Assembly (NCBI RefSeq): GCF_006345805.1
Contig: NC_043009.1
Location: 44,950,001 to 45,014,000, forward strand
Length of the DNA: 64,000 nucleotides
DNA from: Octopus sinensis
Lineage: Eukaryota
Direction: 5' to 3'
Each line of letters opens with the position of its first letter. The stretch's first letter is position 1. The notes under the pieces were generated by a model. It was not told where the DNA came from. It searched no databases and was given only the letters and a program-made list of their open reading frames with translations. The translations under genes and the position numbers were made by a program. Of this stretch, positions 37,403 through 48,937 are shown in pieces.

Positions 37403-37605
37403 AAGGCAGGAGCTGGCAGAATCGTTAGCATGCCGGAGCTGGTGTGTTTACGTCCCCGTCACTTAGCGGTTCGGCAAAAGAGACCGATAGAATAAGTACT
37501 AGGCTTACAAAGAATAAGTCCTGGGGTCGATTTGCTCGGCTAAAGGCGGTGCTCCAGCATGGCCGCAGTCAAATGACTGAAACAAGTAAAAGAGTAAAAG
37601 AGTAT
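37393..37605 (+). mobile_element. Chimeric SINE: family A head fused to family B 3' half
   Basis: aggcaggagctggcagaatcgttagcatgccgg joined to gctggtgtgtttacgtccccgtcacttagcgg...aagagtaaaagag. Confidence 0.75.
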
Positions 37606-38140
37606 AATCTGCGCTTTCTCTTTATTTAAATGCTTCCTGTAGGTCATTTTACCAATCTTTCAGTTCTTCGTTTGCTACACGAAGAACTGTAAAAATCATA
37701 GTGGTCACAATAGGCCCTAACTTGAACACACTCCTTGTCTTTCCATAACGTTAAATTTTGTTTTTGAGTTTCCATCTTTCATTTTTTTCCCACTATCCAG
37801 ACGCTTCTTGTTTATCTCTTCCTCGGCCTGTTTGTGGCTGATTGCCGGAAGTGGGAACGGGGTTGGTGTTTCGAGCGTCTCTGGATCTGTAAATAGTGGT
37901 GCTCTGGAAACAGCTGCCTGTTAGACTTGCTGGTGTCATTGCTGCTGAAAATGTCATCAGTTGAAGTGGATTCTGTACAGTAGCTCTTCGACAATTACAA
38001 AGTCATTATTTGACTATACTCCATGGTTTTAATAGTTTCAAGGTCACAGGACACATATACATACATATAATAAAGGATATGAGGGGTTTAGTACACTGGT
38101 GATCTAAACGAATAGGTATATATATATATATATATATATA

Positions 38141-38225
38141 CTTTATTTAAAGCAGCAGAAAATTCAACAAAACCTGTTACTCTGAGTAACAGGTTTTGTT
38201 GAATTTTCTGCTGCCTTAAATAAAG
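38141..38225. repeat. 85-bp near-perfect palindrome
   Basis: 42-bp arms with one mismatch around a single T at 38183. Confidence 0.9.
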
Positions 38226-38304
38226 CATATACTCTACCACTGGTATTTGAGTACTCTTTTTTCCACCTTGTTTCACATTTATGTTTTTACTCCGGTATAT
38301 ATAT

Positions 38305-38540
38305 AAGGCGGCGAGCTGGCAGAAACGTTAGCACGCCGGGCGAAATGCGTAGCCGTATTTCGTCTGTCGTTAACGTTCTGAGTTCAAATTCCGCCGAGGT
38401 CGACTTTGCCTTTCATCCTTTCGGGGTCGATAAATTAAGTACCAGTTACGTACTGGGGTCGATGTAATCGACCTAATACCTATGTCTGTCCTTGTTTGTC
38501 CCCTCTGTCTTTAGCCCCTTGTGGGTAATAAAGAAATAGG
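38305..38540 (+). mobile_element. SINE family A, full length, inserted in (TA)n
   Basis: Near-consensus copy with gtatatatata on both sides. Confidence 0.9.
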
Positions 38541-38715
38541 TATATATATATATATATATATATATATGACTTCATAATTTGAAACTGACTTGAAAAGCGG
38601 GAATACTTTTAATACATATGTTAGGTTCCTATGGTAACGTAATTTTGTTTGACGTTTTTAACGGATAGAATTTAATTTCACTTCATAATTTGAAACTGAC
38701 TTGAAAATTGGAAGT

Positions 38716-38758
38716 CCACCTGAAGATTGTCGATCAGGACAAGAAACAATTGTAGTGG
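38716..38758 (+). ncRNA. Minimal type-I hammerhead ribozyme motif, canonical core
   Basis: ccac CUGAAGA UUGUC gaucag GACAA GAAA CAAUUG UA gugg. Confidence 0.85.
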
Positions 38759-38843
38759 CGGTTTTTTTTACTTTTTATTAAAATTTTATGTATTGATTAA
38801 GTCTTTCCTTGTTTGTTTTGCAAAATAGTGGTTTTGTCTCTAA

Positions 38844-38900
<57 letters not shown>

Positions 38901-39584
38901 CCGTAAAAACCCATGGAATTTACGCACTTTTCTTGCAAAAACAAAAATATACTTTAGGGATAAATTACATGAGTATATCGTTTCCAGAATTTTTTTAAGA
39001 ATTTTTTTCGTTGAAAAATGACGTGCAGACGTAAACATTCGTATGGGAAGTTGACTCATTTAATGTCAGAATAAGTTACAAAGAAAATATAATGAAGTTG
39101 ACTTTTATTTATGCTGGATGGTATAATTATAACGTATAAATTTACTAAAGCCATTAAATGGTTAACTACTGTGGAGATGAGTGAACCTCTTTTCATTTCC
39201 CACGCACGACAACTACTTTTTGAAGTTTGACGATCATACTGGTAATCACGGTCCGGGCCATATTTAACATTGCTTGGAGTTTCTACCTATCGCAATGGAG
39301 CCCAGCAAATTCCTTACATAGATCAGTTTTTTTCCGCTTAAGAAGTCTAGCTTGCGTTTGCCTCCAGGAAGCTATTGCTCGCTTTCTCCGCGTAAGGACA
39401 ATGAAATTCCTCACCGCCGACATCGCCAACGACAACATCATAATTCATCCTTGCGCGTATAAATTCACTGAGTGAATATGACTTAGCGTTCCTACAGAAA
39501 CCATCATTTAGCTTATAGGATGTTTAATGTTGTTTCACATTCATGTTGAATTATGCAGCTAGTTTGTAGCGGTGGAACATAAAC

Positions 39585-39854
39585 CGCTACCTACTAGCCT
39601 CGATGACCTTAAGCATCGAATAACAACAGCGATCGACTCAGTGGATCGTGATATGCTGATACGCGTCTGGGAGGAATTCTCCCGTCACATTGATGTTGTC
39701 CGTGCTGCAGGTGGTGGCCACATTGAACACTCGTAAGACAGGAAATAAAAGTTGATTGTGAGTAAATACTTATGACTTAGCTGGAGTTTTCTATTACTTT
39801 TCCTTACTAAAATATTGCCTAATGAAATCGGTTTACTCTCTTTAAATAACCCTG
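39585..39854 (+). mobile_element. Tc1/mariner (maT/DD37D-like) 3' fragment with right TIR
   Basis: PLPTSLDDLKHRITTAIDSVDRDMLIRVWEEFSRHIDVVRAAGGGHIEH*; ends aaataaccctg|ta. Confidence 0.75.
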
Positions 39855-40804
39855 TATATAAAAGGCATGAGCTTTCTCTAAATAAATCATTGATGATGAA
39901 ACTCTCAAAAGAGATGAAAGCGCTAAATAAATTTTTATCCAAAATCCTGACTGCCTTACGTACAACTCTATTCTCTTAATCTTTTATTCTTTCCTTCTTC
40001 TATCAGCCCTTTCACGCTTATTTCGTTCATTCCACTCTTCGTTCTTTCGTTCCCTCTCTCTCACATTTCATTGTCTTCCCTTCATGTTCAGTTTCCCTCC
40101 CTCTTTTCACTTCACTGTGCCCCTGTCATTTTTCTTAGATTTCATGTAAATCTTAAGAAGAATGGGCTCTGGCAGGTATTAAAATACTCAAGATATACCG
40201 TTATTTCACAACGGCATCCTCATAATCCGTTCCTGGTAAGGTGAAGGCCCTTGGAATAGCCTGATATGACATAATTCTTATGTACTGAGCCCTTTTTAAA
40301 TATTTAGCTATTCAATTTGTGTGTTTGGTGGGAGGGTTAATGACCATTAGATACTGATCTCCTCTTACACATTCACTGCAGATCATTATATTTCGTGTTT
40401 TGGCTTCAATAAAAGAATACATTGGTAGAATCAAACCGTTTAACTCCTTAAATTGAGAATTATTTCCTCAACCACAAACGGATAATAGTTTAAGTCGAAC
40501 TGGAGAGGACTACCCGAAAATCACAGCATTGCCACGCTGCTACCTTCTTTATTTTTTTAATTGGTAAGTCAGAGCGTTCAATAGCAAGTCATGTCCGAAG
40601 CATTGACCACACAGAAATCGCAAACGTGAATAATAAATGAAGTAAAATTATTGAACTGAGATCAGAACGTGGTACGCTGTAGCCTCAGTTTGCTCGGAGT
40701 TTACCACTAATAGTCTAACTGTGTTTAGGGACATTATTTGAGTATTGGTGTGGATTTAGAGAAAAACGTGGTCTGTTTCAGGTTGCGTGTTTTAATGTCT
40801 TTGC

Positions 40805-41110
40805 TGTTGTTAGTTCCTTCTCGATCCACGCCTGGCTCATAAGGGCCGGTTTCCTGGTTTCCTTGGCGCATAGGTTCCCCATCTGGACGGGACGCCGGTC
40901 CGTCGCAGGTGAGCTGCAAGATGCAGGAGGAAAGAGTGAGAGAAAGTTGTGGCGAAAGAGTCAGCAGAAATTCGCCTTCACCTTCTGCCGGAGCCGCGTG
41001 GAGCTTAGGTGTTTCGCTCATAAACACACACATCACCCGGTCTGAGATTCGAACCTGCAATCCCTCAACCGCGAGTCCGCTGCTCTAACCACTAGGCCAT
41101 GTGCCTCCAC
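40805..41110 (-). mobile_element. tRNA-head SINE (body P + tail T2)
   Basis: Head ggaggcacatggcctagtggttagagcagcggactcgcgg; tail gcgacggaccggcgtcccgtccag. Confidence 0.85.
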
Positions 41111-41249
41111 GTTTTAATGTCTACTAGTCATTAATAACAGAAAACTGAGAAATAGATTAAATTTAAGGAAATTTTATGTTATAAGTCAATATCTGTTGAC
41201 TAGTTGTTTAGTCAAAGAGTTGGAGCTTTGTGAAAACATAGTAACTATT

Positions 41250-41654
41250 GACTTCAAATTTTGGCACAAGGCCAGCAGTTTCAGGAGAGAGATAAGTTGA
41301 TTACATTGATCCCGAAAGGGTGAAAGACAAAGTCGGCCTCGGTGGAATTTGAACTCAAAACGTGCGTTGAAAACCGCTCAGCGTTTTGCCTGGCATTCTA
41401 ACGATTCTGCCAACTTGCCGCCTTATGTCTCATAAATATTCTTTTCTACTCTAGGCACAAGGCCCGAAATTTTGGTGGAGGGACCAGTCGATTAGATCGG
41501 CCCCAGCACGCAACTTGTACTTAATTTATCGACCCCGAAAGGATGAAAGGCAAAGTCGACCTCGGCGGAATTTGAACTCAGAACGTAAAGACAGGCGAAA
41601 TACAACTAAGTATTTCGCCCGGCGTACTAACGTTTCTGCCAGCTCGCTGCCTTA
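41250..41654 (-). mobile_element. Two tandem family A SINE copies (older 41250-41424, younger 41437-41654)
   Basis: Both end in the same head; tatgtct.ataa is duplicated around the second copy. Confidence 0.8.
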
Positions 41655-42107
41655 TGTCTGATAACTATTGATAGAAAAATTATCAGTGCTTGATAGAAAA
41701 ACGTCAAAATTTAACGATGGAAAAGTGAAAGTGCAAGAGTTAGGTAGCTACCGGATTTGATAATAACAAGCGATAAAGTTTCTGGCCCTTATGTCGTTGA
41801 TCACGTGTCTATCATAGTCACTGAAGTAGCCGGAACAAAGGGCACACTTATAGTACGCTATTAAATATGGTGATTTGTGTAATAACTATATGAAATACGA
41901 AAGACTTGTAAGAACAGTAACAATTACAAATGGTCCCATATACCTAACTATATACATATTCTACATTATGTTAAGCATTCGTCGAGTGTAAAAGTTGTAT
42001 AAAGTAACCATGTCCATATTTGTATAATTTTGTTTATTGAGAAATAAATTTTAAACGTTTTGGATTTGGTTTGAAAGATTCTTAATGTGAGTTCGTGTGT
42101 TGAAGCA

Positions 42108-42396
42108 TATTCTGTTGTGTCTGAGGAGAGTCATTCTCTTTTAGTGCGTTATTATTAAACATACTCAACGGTAAAGTTGTCACTCATTTACTTGTTTATT
42201 TTTTCTAAAGTTTTCGTTGCGTCTTGCAACCTTTTCAATTGTTGTTGACTCTGTTCGTCATCCCGGATAAATGTTGCAAGACGCAACGAAAATTTTAGGA
42301 AAAAATAAATGAGTAAATGAGCGGAAATTTTACCGGTGAGTGTGTTAAATTATAAGGTACTAAAAGAGAATGACTCTCCCCAGACACAACAGAATA
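42108..42396. repeat. Fold-back element, ~123-bp arms, 42-nt loop
   Basis: Arms at 42108-42230 and 42273-42396. Confidence 0.85.
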
Positions 42397-42648
42397 CATT
42401 TTAAACGTGAAAAAAAGAATTGACGTTATAATAAATAATAATTTGCATGAAATGAATCTTTCATAAATCCTAAATATAATAAATAAGATAACATTGTGAA
42501 GTTTTTAATTTAACACACCATGGATTAAACAATTTAATACTTTCATTATAAACTGAGATTAAGCTAAGTTTTCTCGCCATCGGCTTACAAAATACAACCT
42601 GCATTTTAATAGGCTAACATTGATTATAATTATTCCACATACATACAC

Positions 42649-42690
<42 letters not shown>

Positions 42691-42959
42691 TACATAATAC
42701 ATACTACATACATAATACATACATACATACATACATACATGTACATACATGGTGGTTGCCCCCTCGTTATCGAGTAGTATGACCATGCACGAAGCTTAAT
42801 CAATGTGTTATCGTTGCAATGTCTGTCCAAGAAGATTTTTTTTAAAGTGAGGAAAGGCTGTGCACTGATGTCAATCCCACTCACTAAGCAACAGCAGCCA
42901 TAATCCGAAAAGAAGAACAAGTCAACATCATCGGTAACCACTGAACTGCAGTTTTATGT

Positions 42960-43270
42960 CGGAGTTATCCCAGTTACCTGAGTTACCTTCTCCTAAAAGG
43001 ATGCCCTAACAAGGCTAGGGTCCTTCACTCCAATGGTAACCGCGCGATCGGGTATTCAGTCCGATTATTTCTATGTCCCCGCGCATGATACAACCATAAG
43101 GCATTTATTGGATGGCCGTTGACTCTCAAGAGTTCCTCCGCCCTTTGACGGGTTTTGTTTTTCATCCCGCAGCTTGGTGGGGTTGCCGGTTTAGTCGCCA
43201 ACGACCCGACCATGCAACAGGTTGTACTGGGTTATATGTTACCAGTAGCACTCGAAAGTGACCTGACATA
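42960..43270 (-). mobile_element. Possible RTE-type LINE 3' fragment
   Basis: GC-richer island with aaaacccgtcaaagggcggaggaactc on the minus strand; resemblance only. Confidence 0.35.
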
Positions 43271-43337
43271 ATACATACATACATACATGTATATATGCAT
43301 ATACATTTATATATATATTATGTTATACATACATGTA

Positions 43338-43662
<325 letters not shown>

Positions 43663-43822
43663 AGGAAGGGAATAAGAATTTGAGATCCGAGCAGGTACCT
43701 TATGAGCACCATGATACAATCCAGATCTGGCTAACCACTTGGAATGACAGGGAACATTCAGAATTGTTTAAGTCTCTATCTGTTTCTGTTTATCTGTCTC
43801 TGTCTGTCTGTCTGTCTGTCTG

Positions 43823-43879
<57 letters not shown>

Positions 43880-43929
43880 GCTAGCCACTACACATTCTTT
43901 ATTTTCTCTCCTTGTTTCTTTCTGTCTTA

Positions 43930-43965
43930 CTTTCTGTGGAAGAGCGTAGGCTCGAAACGTTAAAG
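43930..43965 (+). ncRNA. Minimal hammerhead-like motif (U6 variant) in a repeat at ~43885-44065
   Basis: cuuu CUGUGGA A GAGC guag GCUC GAAA CG UU aaag. Confidence 0.6.
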
Positions 43966-44889
43966 ACATTTTCACTTCCCAAGCGTTAAACTAATACATC
44001 TGTTTGTTGTCTACACCACCTGTCTTCGTCTTTTGTTTTTTTGTCTTTTGTGAATTCTTCCTTATATATATATATATGTGTGTGTGTGTGTTTGTGTGTG
44101 TATGTATGTATCCAAACTTTGCGGTCACCCTGTATGTATGTATATATGTGTGTATGTATGTATGTATGTATGTATGTATGTATGTATGTATGTATGTATG
44201 TATGTATGTATGTATGTATGTATGCATGTATGTATGTATGTATGTATGTATGTATGTATGTATGTATGTATGTATGTATGTATGTATGTATGTATGTATG
44301 TATGCATGTATGTATGTATGTATGTATGTATGTATGCATGTATGTGTGTATATACATATATATATATATATATAGTACAAGCACAGGAAGTAGCTAGGGA
44401 AACAATGTAAATATGTGTACATTTATTTTTAACACTCCCCCTGCGCACCTCGAACGTTGCATTCGATGCGGTACTATTTGCGGAGAAAGTGTTATCCCCA
44501 TTAGGTTTGTGTATAAAAATATATCGAGCTGAATTCCAGATGATAGTAGAAGAATAACTTAATAAGATGTTCTGGGTTGATTTTGTTTCTTCAGTAGCAT
44601 CACGGTCATTTGGATGTAGGTCGCAACATCGTATGTACGTATGTATATATGTATGTTTGCGCGCTCGCGTGTTTTCCTGAAGCATTGAAGCCAGAGATTA
44701 TAATAAAATATAATAAAAGGATTATTATAATTGTAACATTTGGAGAGCTGCAATAAACATTATTTTGAAGAGTCACTTCATCTGATAGCAGCATCAGATC
44801 AGTATTACATGCTTACCACTTAAGTATTGTGTCACCATCAATTTTGACAGGTTGATAATAATAATAATAATAAAATAATAATAATAATA

Positions 44890-44925
<36 letters not shown>

Positions 44926-45156
44926 CAGGGACCTTTTGAGCAGGATGGGTTACTCGACCTGAAGAAAATTCTAAGTGGGCCCCACCTGCAAGGTCATGTG
45001 CTGTTTATCTTGATATGAGATCACCATGTCGTGCACATATGGTTGTGATGCATGTGTCTGGTGTACCCTTATCAGACGGGTAGTCATGATGGGTATACTG
45101 GGCTTCGTATATTTTACCCCAGTGTCACTTTGATGGCATGCACTGCTCTCTCACTC
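44926..45156 (+). mobile_element. Family D element, 5'-truncated, (AAT)n on both sides
   Basis: (AAT)n at 44858-44925 and 45157-45207. Confidence 0.85.
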
Positions 45157-45207
<51 letters not shown>

Positions 45208-45794
45208 TCTTTCTTTTTAGGACACAGGGGCTGACTAACGACGTCGACGACGACGATGATGATGGTGATAATGACTTATCCTGTTTAGTCAAAGGGTTTA
45301 AGTCTTAGGACAACTTTAAACAAACATTGCTGCTAAAATTAAACGCTAGTCGACTTACTTGACTATTTCTCCCAATAAAACTGTGTTCCAAGACCAATAT
45401 ACGAAATAACCAGTCTTTTCCTTGGTTTTTTTTTTTTGTAGTTTTTTTTTTTTTTCAAATATTTAGTCAACGAATACGTGCATTTGGAAAAGGGTATTAA
45501 CGATTTCTAAATACAAATTTCATCTTATAGGTTCATTACAGCTTCATTATATATTGTGTGTTTGGATTTCTATAAGAAACTACATTGATGCAAGCAAAGC
45601 TTTCAATTCCAGAAATTCGTTTTAAATTGACGTTAAGTATAAACATTTTAAAACTTTCTTCTCCATCTACATAACTTAAAGGAGATTTTGGGATCATCGT
45701 GCCCAAAGTCTTGCAAATATGGGCTTCAGAATTAATTCACTTCTTTCTCACTATCTTATCTCGACTTGCAAAAGCTATATTTTCTTTCCGAATA

Positions 45795-45979
45795 AAAATG
45801 GTCGTGTGATAAGAAGTTTGCTTCCCAACTATATGGTTCCTGGTTCAGTCCCACTGTGTGGAACCCTGGGCAAGTGTCTTCTATTATAGACACGAGCCGA
45901 CCAAAGCTTTGAGAGAGAATTTGGTAGACGGAAACTGAAAGAAGCCCGCCATATATATACACACACATATATGTATGTA

Positions 45980-46047
<68 letters not shown>

Positions 46048-46255
46048 GTATGTATGTATGAGTATGTGTATGTGTATGTGTGTGTATTTATAATTGCATG
46101 CGTGTTTGTGTTTGTCCACTACAACCACCTGACAACCGATAGAATAGGTACCTGGCTTTAAATTTAAGTACTGGGGTCGATTCTTTCGACTAAAACCCTT
46201 CAAGGCAGTGCCCCAACATGACCGCAGTCCAATGACTGAAACAAATTCATAGTAA
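45795..46255 (+). mobile_element. SINE family B with internal microsatellite
   Basis: Head, body and tail as in other copies. Confidence 0.8.
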
Positions 46256-46747
46256 AAGAGAGAAAAATAATAGCATATTCGTGGACTACATCTTCGAAAA
46301 CGTATCTCACCAAAATTTCCTAAAAGTGTACTCATTATCAAAACAGTTACGAGTCATTCGATGGAGTGAACACTAAACTGCAGCTATGTCGCCAACAAAC
46401 CATTAGAAGTTCCTTGCATTACTCTACGTTTTGAATGGCAACTGCCCCTGTTCCTTCAATTCGTTACGTTTGTATACCTGTTGCAGAGATGTTCTACTTC
46501 TCCACTTAAAATAATGAAACACTGCACTGATATTAGATAGAGAATACGTAAAAATATTTTCTCTACTGATACAAAGGATTATCTGTGCCAGTTACTGCTT
46601 GACAAAGTGAGACTGTTACGCCAAAAGTAAAATTGATCCATTAAAACAATCCTGCAACTGCGTTGAGTGAACAGCATTCAGGTGCCATTTGGTCTATTGC
46701 TTACACAGAAGCTGAACATATTCAAAACACGTAATAAATGTGATCAT

Positions 46748-46954
46748 AGGCGCAGGAGAGGCTGTGTGGTAAGTAGCTTGCTAACCAACCACATGGTTCC
46801 GGGTTCAGTCCCACTGCGTGACATCTTGGGCAAGTGTCTTCTGCTATAGCCTCGGGCCGACCAAAGCCTTGTGAGTGGATTTGGTAGACGGAAACTGAAA
46901 GAAGCCTGTCGTATATATGTATATATATACGACAGGCTTCTTTCAGTTTCACAC

Positions 46955-47035
<81 letters not shown>

Positions 47036-47041
47036 TATATG

Positions 47042-47086
<45 letters not shown>

Positions 47087-47310
47087 GTGTGTGTGTGTGT
47101 ATGTTTGTGTGCCTTTGTTTGTCCCTCTAGCATTGCTTGACAACCGATGGTGGTGTGTTTACGTCCCCGTCACTTAGCGGTTCGGCAAAAAAGACCGATA
47201 GAATAAGTACTGGGCTTACAAAGAATAAGTACCGGGGTGATTTGCTCGACTAAAGGCGGTGCTCCAGCATGGCCGCAGTCAAATGACTGAAACAAGTAAA
47301 AGAGTAGAGT
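46748..47310 (+). mobile_element. SINE family B with an internal inverted duplication and microsatellite
   Basis: Near-consensus halves; 21-bp inverted copy at 46930-46950. Confidence 0.9.
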
Positions 47311-47749
47311 ATATGCATTATTATTGTCTTGTATGAATGGGGTAAATGCCAAAAAAAAGAGAGAGAAGAAGAAAAAAAGCCAGCTTCTCAACACTGGAGT
47401 TGAAATAGAAGCTATGAGCTAGATCATACGTAACTGGAGCTAAATGTATAAAGAAAAGAGCTAGATTTAGCTCTCAAAGAGCTAACTTGATAACACTGCT
47501 AATTATGCCAACAATACACCACTTTAGATACTCGCTTTCCAATATAAATATATAAGAGTTGTTGGAAGACTCACTGAAGATTTCGTCATCTAAGAATTTA
47601 TGAAATGATTCTGGTTAAGGCAGACTTTCTTCACTCTATATATCATAGAATAAACCAATAAAATATGCATAAGTTCTATGGAGGTTTTATTTCTTGTAGC
47701 AGCAGTAAATTTGACTTACCTAGCGATATTTAAGGATACAGTTAAATTG

Positions 47750-48195
47750 AACCGGTGAGGGAGCCTCCACATAGTATTTTGGTCTACTAAAAATAACAGC
47801 CAGATTAATTCAAATCAGACTCTACAGTTTTAAAAAGATAAACAGACACGTGATACAATATAGATCTATACGTACGAAAAAGTGGGATGATCGCGGCTGG
47901 AACATCTTAGGTCACAGGTCAATTCGATCAGGACTGATTTCGGGCTAAACAACAACAATAACGGCATAAACAAATCACAGTGAGAGTACCTATATGCATT
48001 CACATTCCCGCAAGAAATAACAGCCAAATTTCCCTTAAATGATACACTCTACCATCTTTAAAAAAAGGTAAAGATATAGTAGGTGTTATCTGCGTAGCTG
48101 CGCTGTTCCTAGGAAAATAAGGGGATGTCCGTGACTGCAACACATTTGATTATGGGGCTGCTCGATCAGGACTGACCTAGGGCTAAACAGTAAGA
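47750..48195 (+). repeat. Two tandem copies of an interspersed repeat ending gatcaggactga..gggctaaacaacaac (family F)
   Basis: aaataacagcc...tcgatcaggactga at 47790-47955 and 48015-48195; related ends at ~53150 and ~25120. Confidence 0.65.
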
Positions 48196-48289
48196 ACGAT
48201 AATGATGTCCATGGCCACAACGGAAGATACAAGGCAATTCTAATGACACCCACTTACTTGGAGTTGTTATGGGTTACAAGCTAATTCGT

Positions 48290-48480
48290 AGCTCGATTTA
48301 ACACCCACACCTGGTCCTCGGGTTTCTTTGGTCTCTAGTGTGGAGGTAAATGCTTCCTTAATTCTAATCAGTCTGTATGCAGGGTCAAAGCTGTAGACTT
48401 CCAGTAGCACCCTCTGCATGACCCCGTTCACGTTATCCCTATCCCTGCTAGGCTTATAACGAAAGTGTGACTGTGTTGGT
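48290..48480 (-). mobile_element. Possible Penelope-like GIY-YIG C-terminal remnant
   Basis: Minus-strand RLIRIKEA.. resembles the R..KEAI motif; weak. Confidence 0.3.
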
Positions 48481-48903
48481 GCTTGTGTCTTGGCTTGCAG
48501 AACAACCGGAGCGATAAACATTATTACAGCAGGCATGGTTTGTACAGAGCCAGTCATCATCATTCAAACTTGCATTAGTCTGGTGCAACAACTGCCACAA
48601 ACCCTATAGTCAAGCAGGACTTGAATAGAGTTACCTCCTCTTGGATGAGCAGCTATGGGGCTGAAGGACCGCGTCTGTCCTGAATACGTTGAGGTGTCAT
48701 TGAGTGACTTCCTTCCGGAGGCAATTCTCTGACATTAACCCATAGCTGGGACCGAGGTAGATGCTATTGGACCGGGTCAGAGGAAACCCGGGAGCAATAG
48801 TGACTAAGAAATGGCCCCACACTCCTCAAAACCCAAGAATTTCCAACCCAGGACCTCACTACAGGATAAATGTAAAGGCATACGCATAACATATGTATAT
48901 ATG

Positions 48904-48937
<34 letters not shown>

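Noticed and set aside
37780-38000. GC-richer segment with open minus-strand frames
   Set aside because: Low-complexity peptide with no motif or clear splice sites; probably a retroelement ORF1 remnant, but I cannot assign it.
42121-42145. CTGAGGA followed by a small stem (gaga-gtcat-tctc)
   Set aside because: Followed by TTTT rather than GAAA, so not a hammerhead. Core-like heptamers at ~12497, ~26096 and ~58997 also lack the downstream elements.
47720-47786. Apparent minus-strand exon with TAG|GTAAGT donor
   Set aside because: Its acceptor side overlaps interspersed repeat family F, and the peptide is not recognisable.
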